From Rhodothermales bacterium (GTDB lineage: Bacteria > Bacteroidota > Rhodothermia > Rhodothermales > Bin80), in contig JAJECE010000048.1 of the NCBI GenBank assembly GCA_022822185.1, forward strand, positions 7,809 to 71,808: 64,000 bases of DNA, written 5' to 3'. A program made the position numbers and the translations under genes. The notes under the pieces are model-generated. The model did no database searches. It was not told where the DNA came from and saw nothing but the letters and a program-made list of their open reading frames with translations. Within the stretch, counting starts at the first letter, position 1, and each line of letters starts with the position of its first letter. Below, in pieces: positions 20,487 through 29,882 of this stretch.

Positions 20487-21447
20487 TTAGTGGAATTTTC
20501 TAAAGCTTTTTAGGGATGCAGGATAGTGTTTTTTGATTTGACCATGTCGTTTTAGTGCTCGGAGCAGTCCCTCCCACTGCCAGTCCTGTGGAATGGAGTT
20601 GAGCGAATGCTCTTCAATCTTCAGGCACGCCGCGGCAATCCATCGCTGGCGCTGATTTGAATTACACCATCGGGTCACTTTGCGGGTCGTGTGTGCAAGT
20701 GCGCCGTTGATGCTCACAATCATGTTCGTGGTTCGGAGCCGATCCCGCAGTAATTTGGGCACGCCCGGTTTATGGAGCGTCAGCGTTTCTTCCAATCCTT
20801 CTCGTAAACTGGCCGCCGCCTTGGGACATCGGTCGTCCAGTGTTTCCATCAGGGGCAGCAATTGTCCTTTTGCCTGGTCATAGGTATCGGCGGCAAATTC
20901 GGGATCCTGGATCTTGGAGGTCACATTTTCCCGCTTGTGCCACTGACAGCACTGAATCAGTGCCTGCTCTCCAATGACCTCAAGAACGCCTTTTGCGCAA
21001 TCCCTTCCCGCCATCAAGTAACACCAGCAATGTCATCGCCGTCTGGAAGCCGCGTTCCTGTAAATCCTGCAGCAGCGCAACGACACAGGAATGGGACTCG
21101 GTTTTGGCCTCTACGAACCCCAGGATGATCTTTTCTCCCTTGGTAGTCAATCCCGCCGCTAACAGAATCTGCTCTTCCCGGAGTGTCTTCCCGTTAATCA
21201 GGAACGCAACAAACTCCAGATCATCAAATCGCCGCGTCATGAAGTGCTTCAGGGCTTTCTCGGTCTCCTCTTTGAACACGCGTCCAGTGGTGGAGCCGCT
21301 GCGCCCAAAACTCTCGGCCACATGCTCTGCCGTTTGGCCAAATTTGCGCTGGGAGATTCCATACAGCACACTCCGCATGAGGTTCTTCGCATGAAAACTC
21401 TTATAGGCCCCCGGCGGACAGGAGAATAATCCATGCCCGTAGCGCAA
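20487..21447 (-). pseudogene. IS256-family (mutator-type) transposase, frameshifted and N-terminally truncated
   Basis: Two overlapping ORFs in different frames (20980-21447 and 20487-21017). The first ends ...LLVLLDGGKGLRK. The second continues with GVLEVIGEQALIQCCQWHKRENV, the IS256 D..G/CxxH..RN region. About 100 N-terminal residues have no counterpart upstream. Confidence 0.8.
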
Positions 21448-21572
21448 GTGACTGTGAAGTCTTGATCCAACCCCGAGACACGAAAATTATTTCACTGATC
21501 AACTATTTTTTATGCAGCACACTGGTGATCTTAAAGTTCAGGAACTATCGTACGGTTTTAGTGCAGTAAAAA

Positions 21573-22718
21573 TCATGAATCATGTAACAGTTCAACTGAC
21601 AATACACGTACAAGAGGTACTCCATTACGGTAATCTGTGATAAATAGTCTATTACCCAAACCAGGATATATCAATACTGGAACGAAAGGGTCTTCGTTTA
21701 CGGGATCGGCTAACCAGTCAATGCTGTGCCCTCCGACAAGATTTCGGTTCTTGTCAAACATTTCAACAAAAATGATTTTACCACCACCCTTCTGGCGTAC
21801 AGAGAAATGAGCAAGTATATCATCATGTGTTACACTGAGACCGACAGACCAACAATTTACCAAAGCTGCATCCCTTTCATTAGAATAGTTCAACACAAAA
21901 GCAGCGGGATTGCGATCAATTTCTGATTCGCTAAGGCTAACGATGGGTGGTTTATTTGGGGGCGTTCCCTTCATCCGATAGCTGGGTTCAGGAGCCGCTA
22001 AATCAAGGTCATATGCCAATAGATCCCCGTTGCATACGGGCGGAGCCATGATTAGGTGTTTACGCCATATTATGATTCGGCCAAGGTTAAAATAAGTTAG
22101 TGTATTCATAAAAGACATACTTGAGAGCGGCCAATCTTCGAAATCTACAAATCGGTCTCGGAGGGTAGAAAAAGTGGAATCCCAACGATGAACGAGTCTG
22201 CTACTTGAAGAGATACGGTACAGGCCAAGGTAATCGCCATTATATGAGACAAGGTCACGCAACCATAGAATAGAATTCGGCAAGGTACGAATAGTTTTAA
22301 TTTCTCCCGTTGGAAAGATTGTCGTAATCCTGGTATTGAATTGATCATATACGAGAATTTTTCCCTGTGGTGTAACCCAACCTGCAGAGATACTGTGGAA
22401 TTCTCCGGGCCCACTCCCCCTTTCACCTAGCGCTCCTAATGCGTGGCCATTAGAATCAAATACTTTGATCCGCATTGACAGTTGATCAAACACGTATATA
22501 CTGCCAGAATTGTCAGATCGCACTACAACAGGATCACCAAACATATTAATGGGATCTTCTTCAGATGTACCCAGCACGAAATGTTCTTTCAATTCCATGC
22601 GAATTTCTTGCGCACCAGCAAGTGGTGTACCGCCCTTCAATGCAACCAGCAATACAGCAGTCAACAGCAACCAATGCTGCAAACATGATTTATAGTTGTT
22701 TATCCCATAAAAAAACAT
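21573..22718 (-). CDS. Secreted 6-bladed beta-propeller protein (Bacteroidota BF3164/DUF5128-like)
   Basis: 381 aa. Signal peptide (WLLLTAVLLVALKGGTPLAGAQE). Hallmark GERGSGPGEF motif and repeated beta-strand blades (IYVFDQLSMRIKVFDSNG, ILVYDQFNTRI, LFITDYRNG). Confidence 0.6.
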   Translation of the reverse strand: MFFYGINNYKSCLQHWLLLTAVLLVALKGGTPLAGAQEIRMELKEHFVLGTSEEDPINMFGDPVVVRSDNSGSIYVFDQLSMRIKVFDSNGHALGALGERGSGPGEFHSISAGWVTPQGKILVYDQFNTRITTIFPTGEIKTIRTLPNSILWLRDLVSYNGDYLGLYRISSSSRLVHRWDSTFSTLRDRFVDFEDWPLSSMSFMNTLTYFNLGRIIIWRKHLIMAPPVCNGDLLAYDLDLAAPEPSYRMKGTPPNKPPIVSLSESEIDRNPAAFVLNYSNERDAALVNCWSVGLSVTHDDILAHFSVRQKGGGKIIFVEMFDKNRNLVGGHSIDWLADPVNEDPFVPVLIYPGLGNRLFITDYRNGVPLVRVLSVELLHDS

Positions 22719-22862
22719 TTTAATATATAATTAAATAGTCGGGTAACCCTTCACTCCCCCACGCCCAATTCATATGAGGGTACAAGCGGAGGCGTGAAAG
22801 TGGGTTCGGATGTCTGGAAAGAACGAACTAATTGAACAAGCAACAACCCAAGAATATTTCGT

Positions 22863-23144
22863 TCAACGGACTTTTTTACGACCTGATGCGGTACAACTGC
22901 CGCCCCCAAAGCCGCAGTGTTTATATCCTCTAGCACAGCCGCTCCAACCTGAACCTGAGGACGGAGCACATCTGTTATCGGGTGTACCATCATTCATACA
23001 GAAATAGCAACCGCTCAATGCCGGCTGAGTAAGTTGCTCAACCGGTACTATCGTTGCAGCAACAAGCACCAATATGGCAATGACCCACAGCCAAATCATT
23101 AGACGACTTTTCGGTTTTATATACATATGATAGAGAGATTTCAT
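22863..23144 (-). CDS. Small signal-anchored cysteine-rich protein (93 aa, 6 Cys)
   Basis: N-terminal TM/signal anchor LMIWLWVIAILVLVAATIV. C-terminal Gly/Ser/Cys-rich region GCYFCMNDGTPDNRCAPSSGSGWSGCARGYKHCGFGGGSC. Lies between, and on the same strand as, the CxxC protein and the propeller. Confidence 0.45.
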   Translation of the reverse strand: MKSLYHMYIKPKSRLMIWLWVIAILVLVAATIVPVEQLTQPALSGCYFCMNDGTPDNRCAPSSGSGWSGCARGYKHCGFGGGSCTASGRKKVR

Positions 23145-23170
23145 GGTGTTATAAGTTTGGTGATCTTTTA

Positions 23171-23770
23171 CTACCGATTTAAACGCAGGAAGGCAAGTTT
23201 GTTATCAATTGAGGTCGGGGTCGAAGATACGAATGCATGTCTCGTCACGCGACCATTCCTCGAATCTACAAGTGCAGCAATTTGTCTACTGGCTTGATCT
23301 TCCCGAAATCCAAAGGCTTTCATTAGGTCAGGATCAGAAGTTGGTATGGTTATAGCCGATAGTTCGGCCACTTTAGCGAATCTTTTTGCATCTGAGAGGG
23401 ATTCGGACAGACAAAGAACCAAAGGAGTAATGTTATTGTCATTAATTGCACCAGTAAAATTTGTACGGACTACATCTGTGAATCCGTCAATTTCACCGAG
23501 GCATCCATAGCAGACTTTAATTCCTATTGCAAACACCAAGAGTGTACTACTCTCATAGCTCCATTCGTAGCCAGTTTGCTCAACAGCAGAACGAAGTGCT
23601 GTCATCGGAACTTTATCAGTGATATCCTCTGCTTCAATCCATTCCTTTTGCTGTGGCGGTTTAGACCAAATCCCCGCCCTAAACTGTAGGATAACCAAAG
23701 CAAGGCCAATCAATAGAAGTGGTCCGGCGCGGCTTAGCAAGTTCATAATTCCAGTCTTTCCCATTCTCAT
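23171..23770 (-). CDS. Membrane-anchored thioredoxin-fold-like protein with CxxC motif
   Basis: 199 aa. TM helix AGPLLLIGLALVILQF. LLVFAIGIKVCYGCLGEIDGF resembles the beta1-CxxC-alpha1 element of TlpA/redoxin-type proteins. The family assignment is tentative. Confidence 0.4.
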   Translation of the reverse strand: MRMGKTGIMNLLSRAGPLLLIGLALVILQFRAGIWSKPPQQKEWIEAEDITDKVPMTALRSAVEQTGYEWSYESSTLLVFAIGIKVCYGCLGEIDGFTDVVRTNFTGAINDNNITPLVLCLSESLSDAKRFAKVAELSAITIPTSDPDLMKAFGFREDQASRQIAALVDSRNGRVTRHAFVSSTPTSIDNKLAFLRLNR

Positions 23771-23905
23771 CTAAGGGTACATCCGCTCTGGCCACCGATA
23801 AGTTAATCACTGTAGGAGTAAAAAACAAACGAGACGGCCCATCTTCGTCAATTGAGATGTTATTGCAAAACTAATAATCCAGCTAAAAACGCTCCCGGAT
23901 GCACT

Positions 23906-25355
23906 CATGTGAACAAAAATCTTCAAGACTGGGAATTTTGCAAGAACCTCCATTTCCAAAGAAGACTGGGAAAAACTCACTCAATGCGCCGTTTCCCGGC
24001 TTAAAGGGCAAGATGTCCTCTCCCACAAAGAGGACGATGAAGATTTCCAGAAGGCCCTGGATCTCATCGTGAAACGAATCTAGGAAAAAGGCTACGATGT
24101 CTATGCGATGCCGCCGGATTCCCGGGACAAGATCCTCCCCAATGAGATCCGCCATACACAGTCTCGCACGGTTGCCGGGGAGCGGATGGCACTGGAAGCG
24201 ATCAAGCAAGTCAAGTTCCTGCAGATTCTTCGGGATCTGAATCCCTCGGAAAATCACATCAAACAGGTCTGTGCACTCATTGTCGGGCGATTACTTTATC
24301 TTGGAAGTGACCGGGCCACGCACCGCTGGATGACGGAAAGTTCCAGTATTCTGGACTTGCTTGGAATTGATGTTAGACAGCTGCGAGGATTGCCACTGAG
24401 GAGAATCTGGCCGGTCTGCGGGAGCAGGGATTAGATTATGTCTGTGTAGAGCGGGCAAAAACTCCACCGGTTCCCACCGGGGACCCCGCTCACATGTTTA
24501 CCACGGCCGGGAAGAAGATCAAGGCCTAGCGGCTTCCAGATCCGAAAAAGGTGCAGGAAGGGGAAGATGAACCGAAACCGCAGCAGGAAGCCTCGAAGCA
24601 ACAGCGGGTCTATATCCATAGTGAAGCGAAGAAGTACACCGAGGAGCAGATTCGGGACACGAAATGCAGCAAGTATGAAGCCGAACTGACGGGGTTGAAT
24701 AACGGCTTCTCCAAGTCTGGATATCTTAAGGATCTGGGGAAAGTACACATCAAATTCGGGCGCTTGAAGCAAAAGCATAAAGATGTATCTCACTTGTATG
24801 AGGTGGTCATCACGGACAAATCGGGCCCTCGAAAAGGGCAGCGGTATGTCACAAGTCTGACCTTTACCCGGAAAGTGACACATGAACAAAAATGTCGGGC
24901 TTCCGGTGCATATGTGATCCGTACCACGCATCTCGACTGGAGCGTCGAACAGGTAGCACGAATGTACTGGCGACTCACGGAGATTGAGAGTGCCTTCCAT
25001 GCCATGAAATCGGACCTCGGACTCCATCCTCTGTATCACCGCAAAAAAGACCGGATTGAGTCGCACATGTTCCTCACCATTCTAGCGTATCCTGTCTCCC
25101 ATTTGATCCGTTTCCAACTCAAACAGGCGGGACATCATCACAGTTGGGATACAATCCCGAACGGAACTCAACCAGATGCGGCGGGTCACCACAAGCCTGC
25201 CCAAAAGTAAACACTGCTACATGATCACCGAAATTGATCAGGATTTATCGCCGTTACTGGCGGAGCTCTTTCACATTCCCGGATTCCGGTACGATCCTGA
25301 TGAAACCCGAACCCGAACCGAAACCGAATACATCAAAGAACCCGCATGGATATGA
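23906..25355 (+). pseudogene. IS1634/IS4-family DDE transposase, multiply disrupted
   Basis: The reading frame is broken into at least 4 pieces on the + strand. Pieces include ...ISKEDWEKLTQCAVSRLKGQDV...; AGERMALEAIKQVKFLQILRDLNP...LGSDRATHRWM; and the C-terminal DDE region with the Y-x2-R-x3-E-x6-K signature (VARMYWRLTEIESAFHAMKSDLGLHPLYH). The tail LFHIPGFRYDP is in another frame. Confidence 0.7.
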
Positions 25356-25557
25356 TTTTTCTTTTCATGGTGGCCGTACGGTTCATTTTTCGAACATGAT
25401 CTCTGTGATGTGAGGATGAGCCCGATGGAACCTTTGCGCATGGAATGGGATATACGCCTGGCCGAGTTCAAATTCTGGGCCTGGCCGGTCTTGTCTAGGC
25501 AGCGACGAATGCCGAAATGAGGCATTTTTACACCTAAAACCAATTCATTTATGAACA

Positions 25558-25989
25558 ATGAGCAATCTCGTATTTTCCCATGCAGGTGAAAGCAAAAACG
25601 CCACCAAGTTTGTTGGCGAGTCAAGAAGTTTTCAAATTACCATTGATGAACCCCCTTCGCTGGGAGGGAAGGATGAAGCTGCCAATCCAGTTGAGTACAC
25701 ACTCGCTTCTTTGGCAGGCTGCTTGAATGTTGTAGCTCATCTGGTCGCGGAAGAGTTCGGGATTCAAATCGAATCTCTCAAAATTAACGTTGAGGGTGAC
25801 CTGAATCCTGGTAAGTTGTTGAGTGGGGATTCTACTGAAAGAGCCGGGTTTTCTGATATTCGTGTGAAACTTGATCTGGAATCTGATGCCGAGCCGAAAC
25901 TTCTGGATCAGTGGCTGACCGTTGTGAGGGATAGATGCCCTGTAACAGATAACCTCGCAAATGCGACCAATGTTGTCATTGCGCTCTGA
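25558..25989 (+). CDS. OsmC-family peroxiredoxin-like protein
   Basis: 143 aa. NPVEYTLASLAGCLNVVAHLVAEEFGI and C-terminal RDRCPVTDNL, giving the two conserved Cys of OsmC/Ohr-like proteins. Confidence 0.85.
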   Translation: MSNLVFSHAGESKNATKFVGESRSFQITIDEPPSLGGKDEAANPVEYTLASLAGCLNVVAHLVAEEFGIQIESLKINVEGDLNPGKLLSGDSTERAGFSDIRVKLDLESDAEPKLLDQWLTVVRDRCPVTDNLANATNVVIAL

Positions 25990-26040
25990 AGCGTCGGCAG
26001 TCATACAGATAGTGGTTGCGCCCGGATAGTCTAGAGAATT

Positions 26041-26394
26041 ATGCCTGAAGACCGCCGAATTGACTACATCGAGTTCCCGTCCGGAGATTTTGAACGCACC
26101 AAAGGCTTTTACCAAAGTGTGTTTGGGTGGACATTCGAGGACTATGGTGAGAACTATACCGCCTTCAATGATGGTCGGCTGGACGGTGGTTTCTATCGCT
26201 CCCCGCTGAAATCTGACACTTCTCTCGGTGCCGTACTGGTCGTTCTTTATGCAGATGACTTAGAGGGAACCATGGAGCGGGTTACCGATGCAGGCGGGCA
26301 GATAAGCACACAGATTTTTTCTTTTCCCGGTGGTCGGAGGTTTCACTTCCTTGATCCCAGCGGGAATGAATTGGCAGTATGGAGTGATCAGTAG
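26041..26394 (+). CDS. VOC (glyoxalase/bleomycin-resistance) family protein
   Basis: 117 aa. IDYIEFPSGDFERTKGFYQSVFGW...GRRFHFLDPSGNELAVWS. Confidence 0.8.
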   Translation: MPEDRRIDYIEFPSGDFERTKGFYQSVFGWTFEDYGENYTAFNDGRLDGGFYRSPLKSDTSLGAVLVVLYADDLEGTMERVTDAGGQISTQIFSFPGGRRFHFLDPSGNELAVWSDQ

Positions 26395-26439
26395 CTGGTC
26401 AAAGGGCTTGGATCTCTATTCAATGCCTTGAATTACTCT

Positions 26440-27099
26440 CTACAGGGGGGTACAGAAAAGCCTGACTTGAGTGTCTATTTTTGCAATGTGCAGGTCCGCA
26501 ATTGAGTTTACAATCAGATCGGCCTCTTTCAGGTCATCCGGCAGATTGGTTGTCTGAACCGCAATCACTTGTGCCCCGGCAGACTTGCCGGACTGGATGC
26601 CTGCGGGTGCATCTTCGATAACGATGCAGTGCTTAATATGTTGGCTTAACCCCCATGCAGCACGCAGGTAGGGGTATGGAGCCGGTTTTCCCTGACCAAT
26701 ATCGTCTCCGCTGACAAACACCTTTGGCATCGGCAATCCGACATGGCGAAGCATCCGCAGGGCGGATGTGCGCGGTGCACTTGTTGCAATTGCCCAGCGG
26801 TCTGCAGGGAGCTGCCGAAGCAGGGAGGCAACGCCTGGAAACAATCGCACATGTTCCAGATGACGATTGGCGGCCAGTCCCTCCCGGTAAGCCTCAGCTT
26901 CTATGATCGGGTTCAGATGGGGAGCCACCAGTCGGATCGTTTCCGTAACCGGGCGGCCATGATGAATTTCCAGAATATGGTCCAGCGATACGCGCCGCTC
27001 CTTTGCCCAGATTGCCCAGTGTGCTTCGTAGACATGGTTGGAATCTATAAGCACACCGTCAAGATCAAACAGTAATGCGTCACAGGTAAGAGTTATCAC
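26440..27099 (-). CDS. HAD-superfamily hydrolase (subfamily IA)
   Basis: 219 aa. Motif I ALLFDLDGVLIDS, motif II ATSAPR, motif III/IV GKPAPYPY...VIEDAPAGIQSGKSAG. Confidence 0.85.
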   Translation of the reverse strand: MITLTCDALLFDLDGVLIDSNHVYEAHWAIWAKERRVSLDHILEIHHGRPVTETIRLVAPHLNPIIEAEAYREGLAANRHLEHVRLFPGVASLLRQLPADRWAIATSAPRTSALRMLRHVGLPMPKVFVSGDDIGQGKPAPYPYLRAAWGLSQHIKHCIVIEDAPAGIQSGKSAGAQVIAVQTTNLPDDLKEADLIVNSIADLHIAKIDTQVRLFCTPL

Positions 27100-27216
27100 A
27101 GTGCAATAAGAAATGAATAGAGGTGCTTCAACGATCTGATATATTATTCGGTTGGGATGGTATAAAGCGCCGGCTTGAGTATCTTCATATTTTCAGGAAC
27201 ATAAAACAGAACGGTT

Positions 27217-28398
27217 GTGCCCATACCTTCACGATCAGAGCGCATGATGTCGGTGCAAATGCCCGTAATGGGATTTGTGGCAGATCTTATGCGGGATAAT
27301 CCAGGAACCATTTCGCTCGGACAGGGCGTGGTTCATTATGCTCCCCCGGCGGCAGCGCTCAAAGCCGCCGCCGAAGCAGTCATCCGTCCAGATACCCATG
27401 GTTATGGGTATGTCATCGGCAGGCAAGAACTTCGAAGTGCATTTGCACAGAAACTCAATGCAGAAAATCAATTAGATCCCGGCTATGAAGTTGTTGTGAC
27501 GGCAGGCAGCAACATGGCGTTCTTTGCATCGCTATTGGCGGTGACGAGCCCGGGCGATGAGGTGATTTTACTTGTTCCGTACTATTTCAATCACGAAATG
27601 GCAGCGCGTATTGCCGGCTGCAAGCCGGTATTTGTAAAACTTGGCGATTCGTTGATCCCGGATGCAGCTGCCATTGAGCATGCAATCACGCCCAGAACCC
27701 GCGTAGTCGTTACGATCTCACCGAATAATCCAACCGGGATTGTATACCCCCCGGATGTGCTCAAGTCCATCAATGACCTGTGTGCTGCAAACGGCATCTA
27801 TCATATGTCCGATGAGGCATATGAATACTTCACGTTTGCAGGGGCCAGGCATTATTCGCCGGGGAGTGCTCCCGGTGCACATACGCATACCATTTCACTT
27901 TTTTCCATGAGCAAAGCGTACGGGATGGCAGGTTGGCGACTGGGATATATGGCGATCCCGCCGCATATTCTGTCCGATGTTCGGAAAATTCAGGATACGA
28001 ATCAGATTTGTCCAGCAATGCTGAGTCAGGTTGTAGCACTCCAGGCGTTAGAAGAAGGGAGTAACTATTGCAGGCAGTATCTGAGTTCCATGGCCGAAGT
28101 ACGTGCGATGGTTTTACAGCGTCTGCAGAACATACAGGCCCCCGTTAAGATTTCTGCTTCAGAGGGTGCGTTTTATTTTCTGTTAACGGTGTGTCCAGAC
28201 ACTTTGGACTCGCCGCTTGACGCGAAGACACTCACAACGCGTTTAATCCGGGAGTATGGCGTGGCTGTAATTCCTGGAGATACATTTGGGCTGGAAGGGG
28301 AGACCAGTCTTCGGATTGCGTATGGCGCCCTTCAGGAATCAACATTGACCGAGGCATTGAATCGTCTGGTCCGGGGGCTCGAAGGGCTGACAGGCTAA
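27217..28398 (+). CDS. PLP-dependent aminotransferase, class I/II
   Basis: 393 aa, GTG start. TAGSNMAF, SPNNPTG, DEAYEYF, and the PLP-lysine motif SMSKAYGMAGWRLGY. Confidence 0.9.
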   Translation: MPIPSRSERMMSVQMPVMGFVADLMRDNPGTISLGQGVVHYAPPAAALKAAAEAVIRPDTHGYGYVIGRQELRSAFAQKLNAENQLDPGYEVVVTAGSNMAFFASLLAVTSPGDEVILLVPYYFNHEMAARIAGCKPVFVKLGDSLIPDAAAIEHAITPRTRVVVTISPNNPTGIVYPPDVLKSINDLCAANGIYHMSDEAYEYFTFAGARHYSPGSAPGAHTHTISLFSMSKAYGMAGWRLGYMAIPPHILSDVRKIQDTNQICPAMLSQVVALQALEEGSNYCRQYLSSMAEVRAMVLQRLQNIQAPVKISASEGAFYFLLTVCPDTLDSPLDAKTLTTRLIREYGVAVIPGDTFGLEGETSLRIAYGALQESTLTEALNRLVRGLEGLTG

Positions 28399-28463
28399 CC
28401 AATTATCCATACGTGCAAACTTTTAGGTAACGGCGCATGTCTCTAAAAAAACACCGATCTCCT

Positions 28464-29798
28464 TCAGTCTTCGGATTGAATCGGAGGCAGTGCAGGCATG
28501 TGGCTTAGGACCGCCTGCAGTTTATTTTTTGCTCGTTGAGTCTGCTCGTCAAGCGTAGAGTCCGCCCAGTTCCGTAATTCATCCGGGTCCTGGGTCCAGT
28601 TGACAAACCTGCCATCTCCATAGAGCTTCCATGTATGGTCTTGCACCCATCTTGCGGGTGTAAACCGCCCCCATTTCGGATCATAATGGCAATAGATCCA
28701 ACTGCGTACGGTATCTGCCTGGCCAATCAACTGGCCATAAAAACTCAGTCCATCTGACCTGAAGTCGTCAGGAATAACCATCCCTGCCGTTTCCATCAGG
28801 GTTGGCAGGAAATCCGTAAAATCTATCAACGCATGATTGATTGTATTCTCCGGGATCGTTTCAGGCCAGTAAGCAATGAGGGGTACGTGTGTCCCGGCCG
28901 TTACGGGATAGGCTTTTCTGCCCTGAATAAGACCTGTTTTATGCCGGGAGGAGATGCCTCGGTGCGTTCCATTGTCGGTTGTGAATAAAACCAGTGTATT
29001 GCGATCAAGTCCTAACTCATGCAGTTTGCCGGTAATGCGGCCAACCAGTTGATCCACATACCCCACCATGGGAGCGAAGTACGCGGGATCACTATGTGCA
29101 GTTCGAACCTCAAGGCGGTCAAAATCAGGATGATCGGGCGGTGGCAGAAATGGGTCATGTGGCAGAGCCATCGGGAAATACATAAAGAAGGGTTCATCCT
29201 GATGCCGTTCAAAGAATTCCTCAATGTAATCGGTATAGAGATCCGGTCCATACAGATCGGGGAATATTTCAGGCGCCTGCCCAGCGTAATGTATGGTAGG
29301 GGACTTGTAGCGGCTGCCGCGCTCTATATATTGCCAGAGTGCAAATTCCTGAAATCCCGCTTCATCTGGAGTCGCACCGCCCCGTCCTGCGAGTTCCCGC
29401 TGATAGGTATTCCCGTATAACTGCCATTTTCCTGCAATGCCGGTTTTGTAACCGGCATCCTGAAGCAAATGGGCAAATGTCCGTTCGGTTGGATCCAGCA
29501 GCCCAAATCCAATGTAATTTCGAAAATTATATTTGCCGGTCATCAACTGCACCCTCGTCGGTGTGCAGAGCGGTGTAGAAAATGCGTGTGTGAAGCGCAT
29601 TCCGTGTTGGGCGAGAGAATCTAGATGTGGTGTATCATAACTCAAACCATCATTAATTCCCAGCGTCTCGTAGCCCATATCATCGGCCATAATGAGTACA
29701 ATATTCGGCGGATGCTCTGGTGCACAGGCAGCAAGCAGCAGCAAAGGCAGAAAACGAACGACCAAGGTGGAAGGAATAACAGATTCAAAATTCATCAT
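28464..29798 (-). CDS. Sulfatase (Cys-type)
   Basis: 444 aa. Signal peptide, IVLIMADDMGYE, signature CTPTRVQLMTGKYNFR, GKWQL. Confidence 0.9.
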   Translation of the reverse strand: MMNFESVIPSTLVVRFLPLLLLAACAPEHPPNIVLIMADDMGYETLGINDGLSYDTPHLDSLAQHGMRFTHAFSTPLCTPTRVQLMTGKYNFRNYIGFGLLDPTERTFAHLLQDAGYKTGIAGKWQLYGNTYQRELAGRGGATPDEAGFQEFALWQYIERGSRYKSPTIHYAGQAPEIFPDLYGPDLYTDYIEEFFERHQDEPFFMYFPMALPHDPFLPPPDHPDFDRLEVRTAHSDPAYFAPMVGYVDQLVGRITGKLHELGLDRNTLVLFTTDNGTHRGISSRHKTGLIQGRKAYPVTAGTHVPLIAYWPETIPENTINHALIDFTDFLPTLMETAGMVIPDDFRSDGLSFYGQLIGQADTVRSWIYCHYDPKWGRFTPARWVQDHTWKLYGDGRFVNWTQDPDELRNWADSTLDEQTQRAKNKLQAVLSHMPALPPIQSED

Positions 29799-29882
29799 TG
29801 TCCAGATATTTGCCGGATCAGGATAAGAATCAGATATTGGTTCAAACGGACAGGGGAAGCCGTGATGAAAGCATGCTGCGGG

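Noticed and set aside
20487-21447. Possibility that the two overlapping IS256-type ORFs represent programmed ribosomal frameshifting of an active transposase.
   Set aside because: IS256-family transposases are normally single ORFs. The N-terminal ~100 aa are missing and no slippery motif is evident at the junction, so a decayed pseudogene is the simpler reading.
23883-24257. 124-aa minus-strand ORF at the left edge of the IS1634-like remnant.
   Set aside because: It is antisense to readable transposase fragments on the plus strand and has no motif of its own.
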